Shown here piece after piece: positions 19,050 through 28,099 of a stretch of 64,000 bases of DNA. Below the pieces are notes generated by a model that was not told where the DNA came from, did not search any database, and saw nothing but the letters and a program-made list of their open reading frames with translations. Within the stretch, counting starts at the first letter, position 1. Each line of letters starts with the position of its first letter. The stretch is from NCBI GenBank assembly GCA_963677605.2, contig CAXXDX010000003.1:34962-98961 (forward strand). Reading direction: 5' to 3'. The position numbers and the translations under genes were made by a program. This stretch comes from Christensenellaceae bacterium (GTDB lineage: Bacteria; Bacillota; Clostridia; Christensenellales; UMGS416).

Positions 19050-20744
19050 ATGATACGTGAAATGTTAAATATTTTGACGCCAATGAGTGATGGTACTAAT
19101 CTAGCGTGTAATATATACCGTCCTGACAATGAAAAGCCCTATCCGGCTATTTTGCTTCGCACTCCATATATTAAAGAAAAGGCAGGTGATGGAGAACTGT
19201 TTTCAAATTATAAGGATCTTGCTACAGCTGGTTATAATGTAATTTTTCAGGATATCCGCGGCACTGGTAGCTCAGAAGGTGTTCTTGATCCAACTGGTGC
19301 AAATGAGATAAAAGATGGGTATGATTCCGTTGAATGGATAGCAAAACAACATTGGTGTGACGGAAATGTTGGAATGCAGGGATTATCTTTTTTTGGATTT
19401 ACTCAAATGGCAGCTGCTGAAAATAATCCTCCGCATTTAAAAGCAATCTGTCCTTTTCAAAATTCAGCGATACATCCTTTAAGTTTATCTAAAGCAATGA
19501 CATTCAGTAATTATCACTTAGCATGGATATATGAACGGGTTCTTGAGAATTTAGATAATTGGTATGACGACAAAACTATAAGAAAAAAAGTAAAAGAAAG
19601 AATTGAATATTATAAAGAAAACTGGGATTCAGTAATTTCAAAACTACCTTTATATGATACGCCTGCAGCACGAATTGAAGAAGTACCTCAGCTAGAATCT
19701 TATTTGGAACTTATAGAAGGTGTAGAAAATTATGAAAAGTTTATGGAGCGCACACATCGTCCTATCAAAATTGAAAACATTAATATCCCGATGTTTTTTT
19801 TAACTGGTTGGTTTGATGGAGCAAGAGATGGTACTATAGATAATTGGAATAAGGCTAAGTTAGGAAAACTACCATCTTCTCATAGAAAACTTATTATCGG
19901 ACCTTGGCTTCATGGAAGCACCTTATCTTCTAATATAGATGGGATAGATTTTGGTGAAGAAAATAGCGGCTATGGAATTAGAATACATGAAACTGTAAAG
20001 CAATGGTTTGATTATTGGCTAAAGAATGAACAAAACGGCATATTAGATAGTGCACCTATAAACATTTTTGTGCTCGGTGAAAATTATTGGCGCAGCGAGC
20101 AAGAATGGCCGCCACTTCGTGCTATTAATACTAAGTATTATATACATTCAGGTAAGAATCAAGGGCTACTGAGCACGGAAATGCCTACAGAAGAAGATTA
20201 TCAAACTTTTGTATACGATCCTAAAAATCCTCTGCCTTCTAGAGCAAAAGATAATGAAGGCAGAACAATATTTGCTGATACGACATATCAGGAGAAACGT
20301 GGCGATGTATTGGTTTATGCAACTGAAAAGCTTAAAGACGATTTAGAAGTCGCGGGAATGGTAGAATTTAAATTATTTGCATCAACAGATGCAGTAGACA
20401 CAGATTTCTTCTGCAGAATATGTGATGTTGATGAAAAAGGATATGCATTTCCACTATTATCAGGGATTGCAAGGGGAAGATTTAGGGACGGTCATTCTTC
20501 TAGCTTGCTTAAACCAAATGAAATCTATCAGTTTTCAATAGAACTTGGGAATATATGTGTTGTGATTAAAAAAGGGCACAGGATAAAAGTACATATATCA
20601 AGCAGTTTTTATCCTGAGCATGATCCAAATCCGAACACTGCTGAATTAATTGGTAAAAGTTCTTATTGTATTAAAGCAACCCAAAAAGTTTTCCATGATA
20701 TTGAACATCCATCCCACTTAATCTTACCAATTATACCTAAATAA
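19050..20744 (+). CDS. CocE/NonD-family alpha/beta hydrolase (S15 X-Pro dipeptidyl-peptidase / cocaine esterase family)
   Basis: N-terminal MSDGTNLACNIYRP...PAILLRTPY, GTGSSEG, candidate nucleophile in GMQGLSFFGF, Asp in LTGWFDG and His in IGPWLHG. C-terminal jelly-roll-length extension. RBS agaggag. Confidence 0.8.
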   Translation: MIREMLNILTPMSDGTNLACNIYRPDNEKPYPAILLRTPYIKEKAGDGELFSNYKDLATAGYNVIFQDIRGTGSSEGVLDPTGANEIKDGYDSVEWIAKQHWCDGNVGMQGLSFFGFTQMAAAENNPPHLKAICPFQNSAIHPLSLSKAMTFSNYHLAWIYERVLENLDNWYDDKTIRKKVKERIEYYKENWDSVISKLPLYDTPAARIEEVPQLESYLELIEGVENYEKFMERTHRPIKIENINIPMFFLTGWFDGARDGTIDNWNKAKLGKLPSSHRKLIIGPWLHGSTLSSNIDGIDFGEENSGYGIRIHETVKQWFDYWLKNEQNGILDSAPINIFVLGENYWRSEQEWPPLRAINTKYYIHSGKNQGLLSTEMPTEEDYQTFVYDPKNPLPSRAKDNEGRTIFADTTYQEKRGDVLVYATEKLKDDLEVAGMVEFKLFASTDAVDTDFFCRICDVDEKGYAFPLLSGIARGRFRDGHSSSLLKPNEIYQFSIELGNICVVIKKGHRIKVHISSSFYPEHDPNPNTAELIGKSSYCIKATQKVFHDIEHPSHLILPIIPK

Positions 20745-20873
20745 TAAATTATTGTAGTGCTTGATATACTAATATATAAGATGAGGATATACTTCATTAC
20801 GACTATGAAAACAGAGTTATTTATTGATATAGAATAAGATTTATTAATAATTTTTATGGGAATAGGTGTGCGT

Positions 20874-22073
20874 ATGGAATCCGTAATAAAAAAAGACCTA
20901 AAAATATGGAATAAAGACTTTATAGTATTGATTAGTGTCAGTATGTTTGCATTCATTAACCTTGTAATGATACTAACAAGTATAGCGAAATATGTTACAT
21001 TTCTAGGGGGTAACGAAATGCAAGCGGGACTTATTGCAGGAGTGTTCAGCATTACTTCACTAGTGACACGGCCTCTTGCAGGGAACCTAATAGATAGATT
21101 TAATAAAAAGCTTATCTATGCTAGTGCACTAATAATAGTAGCTATAGCTACTTTCTGCTATAGTATTACAACCGATATCAAAGTTATCATACTTATTAGG
21201 TTAATACATGGCTTTGGTTGGGCATTTATTGCTACTGTAGGATTAACTATGGCAAGTAATACAGCACCAGAAGAGAAGCTGAGTCAAACAATAGGGATAT
21301 ATGGATTGTCCATAGTTGTAGCTATGGCTATAGCACCAAATATTGCCCTATATATAACTACACACTTTGGGTATAATTTTATGTTTATAACGTCATCATT
21401 TTTAACTGTATGTGCAATGATAATGCTTATATTTGTAAAACAACCACCAAAAATTCTAGAAACCGCAGATAACAATTCTATAATAAAACCAAAATTTAGT
21501 TTAGGTAAGATAATATCAATTAAAGCCTTGACACCTATGCTGATACTTGTATTTTCCGGTATGGCATATAGTTCTATGACAACATTTGTAAACGCATATG
21601 GATATGATTATCGTGGTATTGAAAATCCAGGTGTATTTTTCACCGCTTACGCTATAATGCTTCTTTTAGTAAGGCCTCTTAGTGGTAAACTAGCAGATAT
21701 TAAGGGAGAAAAGTATATAATTTTCCCAGGAACTATAGCGTTTATCAGCTCTCTTATAGTAATAAGCCAAGCTACATCCGTTTTCGGCTTTATTATAGCA
21801 GGACTATTAACTGGAGTAGGTTATGGAGCTATCTATCCTACTATGATGTCTCTTGCTTTTAAGCGTGTACCATCACATCAGCGTGGCATTGCAAGCAGCA
21901 CTACATCAATGGGTATTGATATCGGAATCGGAGGGGGAGCAGCTATTGCTGGGAAGCTGGTTTCAACAGTAGGATACAGCATTATGTTTCTGCTCTTTAT
22001 CGTAGCGATTATTATATCTTGCATTATATTTATCATTGATCAATCAAAAAAAGATAAAAGTAGCACACTATAA
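20874..22073 (+). CDS. MFS transporter (paralog 2 of 4)
   Basis: Multi-TM; same subfamily motifs as 17775-19010. ATG 20874 preferred over tracked ATG 20856 because aggtg lies 5 nt upstream. Confidence 0.85.
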   Translation: MESVIKKDLKIWNKDFIVLISVSMFAFINLVMILTSIAKYVTFLGGNEMQAGLIAGVFSITSLVTRPLAGNLIDRFNKKLIYASALIIVAIATFCYSITTDIKVIILIRLIHGFGWAFIATVGLTMASNTAPEEKLSQTIGIYGLSIVVAMAIAPNIALYITTHFGYNFMFITSSFLTVCAMIMLIFVKQPPKILETADNNSIIKPKFSLGKIISIKALTPMLILVFSGMAYSSMTTFVNAYGYDYRGIENPGVFFTAYAIMLLLVRPLSGKLADIKGEKYIIFPGTIAFISSLIVISQATSVFGFIIAGLLTGVGYGAIYPTMMSLAFKRVPSHQRGIASSTTSMGIDIGIGGGAAIAGKLVSTVGYSIMFLLFIVAIIISCIIFIIDQSKKDKSSTL

Positions 22074-22399
22074 TAGATTGGCAAGAAGCAAATATGATTA
22101 AGATACTGTTTTCAATTTTTACTTTACAAATCAAGTATAGCTTACATTAGTTAGGATTTAGAAATCAAAATTTGTTTAGTGGGAGTATCGGAGCGAATGT
22201 TTGTTACTGGATTTAGTTATGATATTACTAGCAGTCATATAAATATTATACGACTTAATACAAAGTAAACAGAAACGCATAACTGTACATAGCTTACTAT
22301 TATCCTAAATGTATGAGACAAATTGTAAGAACGAGAGATGTTACCAATATAATAGTTTTCATTAAGGTGATTTGAATCAATTAATTTGTTATAAAGATA

Positions 22400-22480
22400 T
22401 TGACTATAATATATTAATCTGATATATTACTGATATACAATTGAAACATTCAACTGTTGAAATAATCAACATAATTGATA
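22400..22480 (+). promoter_or_regulatory. Promoter/operator cassette copy B (upstream of MATE gene 22636)
   Basis: TTGACT (22400-22405), 17-nt spacer, TATATT (22423-22428). Perfect 13-bp palindrome TTCAACTGTTGAA at 22449-22461. Manual alignment to 17448-17529 gives 75 identical positions, 6 substitutions and one 1-nt indel. Confidence 0.7.
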
Positions 22481-22635
22481 TGTAGTCAACAAAACTGTCT
22501 AGTAAAGGCTTTTTGCACGTAATTAGACAATAATCTTAATTACAGTTCTTATAGTATTTATAATGGAATAATTAATCTTGATTATCTATTAAAATACTAG
22601 ATTTGATTAATTGCTTATTTCATGAAGGAGTAGTT

Positions 22636-24000
22636 TTGCAAAGAAAATCAATGATTAATGATCTGACTGAAGGAAACGTGGGCAAAACACTCATAACGTT
22701 TTCTATTCCGTTTATGCTATCGAATCTTTTGCAGATTGCCTACAACATAACGGATATGATCATTGTAGGTCAATATGTAGGAAGCACAGGTCTTGCGGCT
22801 GTATCGGTAGGCGGAGATATAATGCATCTTTTTTTAATGATTGGCATGGGCTTTTCTATGGCGGGGCAAATTCTTATATCGCAATCTATTGGTAAGCATA
22901 ATGAAGAATATGTGAAAAAGACTATAGGTGTGATGTTCACATTCATAAGCTTGCTGGCGGCCACCTCTACTGTTTTGGGTATCTTTATCAATGATTGGCT
23001 TTTAGATATAATGAACGTTCCTGTAGAATCATATGTACAGGCTAAAGAGTATAGTTTTGTTTGTTATTTGGGCATGATATTTATGTTTGGCTATAACATA
23101 GTTTCTTCTATCCTTAGGGGTATGGGGGATTCTAAGCGGCCATTTATAATAATAGCTGTGGCAACATCTTTAAATCTTGTATTTGATCTTATACTGGTTG
23201 CGGTATTTGATATGGGGCCAAAAGGAGCCGCTATCGCTACTGTTTCAGGTCAAGGTATAAGTTTTATGGGTTCAATTGTATATCTTTATATCAAAAGGAG
23301 TCAGTTCGGTTTTGATTTCAAACTCAGTAGTTTCAAAATAGATGTTAGGATTTTAAAGGCACTTGTGAGACTTGGGATACCTCTTGCACTTCAGCATGGC
23401 GCGATAGTAATTTCAAAAATGTTTGTTAATTCTTCAATAAACTTTTATGGAGTTACTGCTGCTGCGGTAAATGGAGTAGGTGCTAGGATAAGACAGATAT
23501 CTTTTGTGGTTTGTAATGCGTTGGGTATGGCGGGCACATCAATGATAGGGCAAAACTTTGGAGCGAATAAGAAAAAAAGAATTACTAGAATTATTTATGT
23601 GAGTATGACAATAGGTGTTATATTCTCAGCTGTGCTATCTGTTGTGATTTTGATATTCCCAGAACAGATATTTAGCGTTTTTAATAATGATCCAGAAGTA
23701 CTGGAAATGTCCCATATTTATTCAGTAATTGCAGTGCTTGGCTTTTCTGCAGCAGCTTTGCGTAGCCCAATGATGGCGCTTATCAATGGGCTGGGCAATA
23801 CTAAGCTTTCTATGATTCTAGGGCTTCTTGACGGAGTTGTAGCAAGGGTAGGGCTCGCTATTTTGATGGGTACGACATTTGGCATGGGTATAAAGGGATT
23901 CTGGTATGGTGATGCTTTTGCTGGATTTATCCCTTTTATAATCGGAGGCATTTACTTCTGGTCGGGGATATGGAAGAAAAGGAAACTTGCTGTTGACTAA
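22636..24000 (+). CDS. MATE-family efflux transporter
   Basis: N-terminal LTEGNVGKTLITFSIPFMLSNLLQIAYNITDMIIVGQYVGSTGLAAVS typical of MATE/NorM-like proteins; 12-TM length. Start uncertain: TTG 22636 lies behind gaaggag, ATG 22651 is the alternative. Confidence 0.85.
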   Translation: MQRKSMINDLTEGNVGKTLITFSIPFMLSNLLQIAYNITDMIIVGQYVGSTGLAAVSVGGDIMHLFLMIGMGFSMAGQILISQSIGKHNEEYVKKTIGVMFTFISLLAATSTVLGIFINDWLLDIMNVPVESYVQAKEYSFVCYLGMIFMFGYNIVSSILRGMGDSKRPFIIIAVATSLNLVFDLILVAVFDMGPKGAAIATVSGQGISFMGSIVYLYIKRSQFGFDFKLSSFKIDVRILKALVRLGIPLALQHGAIVISKMFVNSSINFYGVTAAAVNGVGARIRQISFVVCNALGMAGTSMIGQNFGANKKKRITRIIYVSMTIGVIFSAVLSVVILIFPEQIFSVFNNDPEVLEMSHIYSVIAVLGFSAAALRSPMMALINGLGNTKLSMILGLLDGVVARVGLAILMGTTFGMGIKGFWYGDAFAGFIPFIIGGIYFWSGIWKKRKLAVD

Positions 24001-24035
24001 AACAGCTAACATAAGAAGGAGGAGAGAAGTAGAAA

Positions 24036-25616
24036 ATGTTCAAACCACTTACACCAAAAACATTAGAAATTGTTGAAACTAAAAATGGCAGACTAAGAGG
24101 ATTTAAGCAAAGGGATATATATAATTTCCTGGGTGTTCAGTACGGCGACTGCGAAAGATGGCAGACAGCTACTATGGTGCAGCCGTGGAAGGGAATAAAA
24201 AATGCGCTTCAGTTTGGGAATCGTTCGTTTCCTGCAGGGCCTTTTACACCTTGGGATACTTGTGGAGTAGCACATGAAGCATATGCATACAGTGAGGATT
24301 GTCTTAACGTAAATATTTGGACAACGTCTATTGAAAAGACGGCTAAAAAACCTGTAATGGTATGGATGCATGGCGGTGGTTTTGCTACAGGATCCGCTAT
24401 GGAAATGCAAGCACATGATGGAGAGAACTTGTCTAGATTTGGAGATGTTGTAGTGGTTGGGATAAATCACAGATTGAATGTGTTCGGTTTCTTGGATATG
24501 TCCAAATTCGGTGAAAAGTATGAAAATTCAGGGAATTGTGGGATATCAGATCTTGTTCTTGCACTTCAATGGGTACACGACAACATAGAATCATTCGGGG
24601 GAGATCCGGATAACGTATTGATATTTGGTCAGTCGGGTGGCGGACAGAAAGTTACTTGTATGCTTCAGTGTCCTGACGCAGACGGTTTGTTTCATAAGGC
24701 TGTGATACAGTCTGGTGTGCAGCCATATGTAATGGGAGCAGATCCTATTATAAAAGAAGATTCTGACAGGTCGGATGCTATTGTTGATCTATTACTTAAA
24801 AAATGTGAAACCGAATCACTTAATACACTTGAAGAACTCACACCCGAGGAACTTTTAGATACCTATTATTCTATTGTACCTGAACTCAAATCAAAAGGAT
24901 TTGACGAAAGATGGTGGACTGCAATAACCAGTGATTATTATGTCGGTTATCCTTATGTGGTAGGCTTCACAGAACATGCTAAAACTATTCCTGTAATGAT
25001 AGGATGCACACTATCTGAAATGCCTCTTATGCGAATATTCAATAAGAATGACTATACTAAACAACAACAAATAAAAATAGTTAAGGAAGCATTTCCAGAG
25101 CAAGATGCAGATAAGCTTATAGAGCTTTTTGTCAAAGCGTGGCCGAACAAAAGCATTACTGATGCGATAGAAATGTCGGGCAGCATGGATGTACGAGCAT
25201 CTGTAATAAGATTTTCTGATTTAAGAGCTGAGACATGCAGCGCACCTACCTATACATATATGTTTGCACACGATTTCCCACAAGATGGTGGAAGAAGTCC
25301 ATGGCACTGTGCAGAACTGCCTATTATATTTCATAATTCAGCTTTATATCCTAAGGATTTTCACACTGGTCTGCTTGAAGGGCTGGAAAATGCAATGAGT
25401 GGAAGCTGGGTAGCATTTGCACACAATTCTAATCCGAATAATAAGTATCTTGATGTAAAATGGCCAGAATATAAAAAAGACGAATGTGCGACCATGATAT
25501 TTGATGACGAATGTGAAGTGAAGAAGGATTTTGACAGGGAGCTTGTAACTGTAAGAAGAAAAATGCAACTATCAATAAATGATAAGTATACTAAATTCAC
25601 ACAACTTGTTAATTAA
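24036..25616 (+). CDS. Type-B carboxylesterase/lipase family protein (PnbA-like), copy 1
   Basis: VMVWMHGGGFATGS oxyanion region, nucleophile elbow GQSGGG (Gln where the family usually has Glu), His region SPWHCAELPIIFHN. Strong RBS aaggaggag. Only 35 nt after the MATE gene. Confidence 0.85.
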   Translation: MFKPLTPKTLEIVETKNGRLRGFKQRDIYNFLGVQYGDCERWQTATMVQPWKGIKNALQFGNRSFPAGPFTPWDTCGVAHEAYAYSEDCLNVNIWTTSIEKTAKKPVMVWMHGGGFATGSAMEMQAHDGENLSRFGDVVVVGINHRLNVFGFLDMSKFGEKYENSGNCGISDLVLALQWVHDNIESFGGDPDNVLIFGQSGGGQKVTCMLQCPDADGLFHKAVIQSGVQPYVMGADPIIKEDSDRSDAIVDLLLKKCETESLNTLEELTPEELLDTYYSIVPELKSKGFDERWWTAITSDYYVGYPYVVGFTEHAKTIPVMIGCTLSEMPLMRIFNKNDYTKQQQIKIVKEAFPEQDADKLIELFVKAWPNKSITDAIEMSGSMDVRASVIRFSDLRAETCSAPTYTYMFAHDFPQDGGRSPWHCAELPIIFHNSALYPKDFHTGLLEGLENAMSGSWVAFAHNSNPNNKYLDVKWPEYKKDECATMIFDDECEVKKDFDRELVTVRRKMQLSINDKYTKFTQLVN

Positions 25617-25638
25617 CATAAAGGAAAGGAGCTATAAA

Positions 25639-27207
25639 ATGATTAAACCACTAACACCTAAAACATTAGAAATCGTGGAAACTACTAACGGTAAACTAAG
25701 AGGATTCAAACAAAGAGACATATATAATTTTCTGGGAGTCCAGTATGGAGACAACAAGCGCTGGCAAACTGCTACGATGGTGAAACCATGGAAGGGAATA
25801 AAAAATGCGTTGCAGTTTGGAAATCGTGCATTTCCGGCGAGTGGATTCACTCCATGGGATAGCTGTGGTGTTGCTCATGAGGCATATCCGTATGATGAAG
25901 ATTGCCTGAACTTAAATATCTGGACATCTTCAATAGATAAAAAAGCAAAAAAACCTGTTATGGTATGGATACATGGTGGAGGATTTGCTACTGGATCTGC
26001 AATGGAAATGCAGGCACACGATGGTGAAAATCTATCCAGATTTGGCGATGTTGTAGTTGTCGGGCTAAATCACAGATTAAATATATTTGGATTCTTTGAT
26101 GTTTCAAAGTTCGGAGATAAGTATAAAAACTCAGCTAATGCAGGTATGTCGGACCTTGTACTTGCGCTTAAATGGGTAAAAGAAAATATTAAAGCTTTTG
26201 GTGGTGATCCTGATAATGTGTTGATATACGGCCAATCTGGAGGTGGAGGAAAAGTAGGTGCACTTATGCAGATTCCTGAAGCAGATGGGCTTTTTCACAA
26301 AGCTGTTATTATGTCTGGTGTTATAAGACTTCCTTCAGATACAGATCATGTGGAAGAAAGCAATGATTACTCCAACATGATACTGGAAAAACTGCTCAAG
26401 AAATTTGATACGGATAATCTGGAAGTGCTTGAAACACTTGAGCCGGAAGAACTCCTGGAGGCTTTCCATGAAGTCGCGGGAGGTCGTAACTTCTCAATCA
26501 TGGGATGGCGCCCAATAGCGAACGAATGGTATCTCGGAAGCGCATTGAATGTCGGAATCACAGAGCATGCAAAAACAGTTCCCGTTATGATTGGAAGCGT
26601 GATTTCAGAGATGCCGCTTATGAGAATATTCAATAAGCACGATTATACTCAAGAAGAGCAGATAGAAATAGTAAAAGAATGTTTTCCTGGTCAAGATGTA
26701 GAAAAGCTTATTTCTCTATTCCAACAAGCATGGCCAAATAAATGCATAACCGATGTAATAGAGATTGCGGGTAATGGCCTTTTCCGACCGGGAGATATAG
26801 AGTTCGCCGACCTTAGAGCGAAAACTGCAAGTGCTCCGACATATGTATATGTATTTGGGCATGATTTTCCACAGAACGGCGGCAGAGGAGCGTGGCACTG
26901 TTCGGATATTCCAATTGTGTTCCATAACTCAGCGATGTATCCTGAAAATTTCCATGATGGACTTCTTGATGGTCTTGAAGATACAATAAGCGGTAGCTGG
27001 GCTGCGTTTGCTCACAATTCAGATCCTAATAATAAATATCTAAAGGTGAAATGGCCACCTTATAAAACGGATGAATGTGCTACTTTGATTTTTGACAACG
27101 AATGCGAAGTTAAAAACGATTTCGACAGAGAGCTTGTAACACTCAGAGCACAAATGAAGCTGGAAGTAAAGGAAAAGTATACAAAATTCAAACAGCTAAT
27201 TAACTAG
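25639..27207 (+). CDS. Type-B carboxylesterase/lipase family protein, tandem paralog copy 2
   Basis: Collinear with copy 1 over its full length, with shared blocks PLTPKTLEIVET, LRGFKQRDIYNFLGVQYGD and HGGGFATGSAMEMQAHDGENLSRFGDVVVVG. GQSGGG and GAWHCSDIPIVFHN motifs. Start moved to ATG 25639 behind aaggaaaggag. Confidence 0.85.
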   Translation: MIKPLTPKTLEIVETTNGKLRGFKQRDIYNFLGVQYGDNKRWQTATMVKPWKGIKNALQFGNRAFPASGFTPWDSCGVAHEAYPYDEDCLNLNIWTSSIDKKAKKPVMVWIHGGGFATGSAMEMQAHDGENLSRFGDVVVVGLNHRLNIFGFFDVSKFGDKYKNSANAGMSDLVLALKWVKENIKAFGGDPDNVLIYGQSGGGGKVGALMQIPEADGLFHKAVIMSGVIRLPSDTDHVEESNDYSNMILEKLLKKFDTDNLEVLETLEPEELLEAFHEVAGGRNFSIMGWRPIANEWYLGSALNVGITEHAKTVPVMIGSVISEMPLMRIFNKHDYTQEEQIEIVKECFPGQDVEKLISLFQQAWPNKCITDVIEIAGNGLFRPGDIEFADLRAKTASAPTYVYVFGHDFPQNGGRGAWHCSDIPIVFHNSAMYPENFHDGLLDGLEDTISGSWAAFAHNSDPNNKYLKVKWPPYKTDECATLIFDNECEVKNDFDRELVTLRAQMKLEVKEKYTKFKQLIN

Positions 27208-27312
27208 AGATAAAATACTTGCGGCCAAAGAAATAAAGCAGCTGGTATTTGAAATGATTGAAGGTATGGATAACTTTTATAGTATAGTTAACTTAAGAAC
27301 GACAACAACATA

Positions 27313-27341
27313 TTGCAGTTTACAAAAACAGTAAACTGCAA
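27313..27341 (+). terminator. Terminator-like hairpin after the carboxylesterase pair
   Basis: 11-bp perfect stem TTGCAGTTTAC / GTAAACTGCAA with 7-nt loop, followed by an A/T-rich tail (TAATTACTATATTATTTATTT). Confidence 0.55.
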
Positions 27342-27652
27342 TAATTACTATATTATTTATTTATACGGTCTGACACAACTTTTAGAAATACTAAGATTGT
27401 TGGAGTATATGGTGCAATAGATAGAATTAAAGTAGAACAATAAATGCACTATTTTACGTGGTATGATGGATTAATAAAGAACACTGAAAATAGTATTGTT
27501 TCAGGTTTATAGAAAGACAATAAAGAAAATGATTCTTTGGATGAAATCACCAGCATTTAAGATAAGAATATTATTGAACTGAAAATTAAATGAAAGTATT
27601 ATAATATAAAATCTGAAGTTTAATACTATCTAACAGGCTATAATGAGTATCG

Positions 27653-28099
27653 TTATATATTTTTTGAAATAACATTATTGAGCATGAGTTCCAGATGATC
27701 AGACATCTTCTGTTGATCAATCGGATTAATGCCCACTGTTGCCCAATCGTGCCATTCATCTAATGCACCTTGTATCACGGGCATTAGTTCCTTTCCAGTG
27801 TCTGTTAGATATAATTCGTTTTCTCTTCTATTTGTTTGAGATTGTTTTCTATATATATAACCTAAGGTTTCAAGTTTCCTGCATTTTCGTGCGATGTCGC
27901 TTTTATCTATGCCTAAAAACTCGACCAGTGCATCTTGATTGGTACCTATATGTCTGAATAAATATAAAATAATAAGGTACATCGGACCTTGAAGTTTATA
28001 TGGTTTGAAACGCTCATTCAAAAAACGTTTTCTCAAACGTTCAAAGCGTGCTATATAGCGTACTATGTTTTTTGATAATTCTTGTTTTGTTTCACTCAT
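27653..28099 (-). CDS. MarR-family transcriptional regulator
   Basis: 148 aa with a winged-helix region (LIILYLFRHIGTNQDALVEFLGIDKSDIARKCRKLETLGYIYRKQ). Its ATG overlaps the upstream MATE stop as TAATG (shared A at 28099). Confidence 0.85.
   Translation of the reverse strand: MSETKQELSKNIVRYIARFERLRKRFLNERFKPYKLQGPMYLIILYLFRHIGTNQDALVEFLGIDKSDIARKCRKLETLGYIYRKQSQTNRRENELYLTDTGKELMPVIQGALDEWHDWATVGINPIDQQKMSDHLELMLNNVISKNI

Noticed and set aside
20763-20777. 15-mer GATATACTAATATAT shared between the MFS-2 upstream region (20763-20777) and the AraC/hydrolase divergent region (54476-54490)
   Set aside because: It consists only of A/T-rich dinucleotide-like sequence. My rough estimate is that a match of this length between AT-rich intergenic regions of this window could arise by chance, and no symmetry or promoter context supports it.
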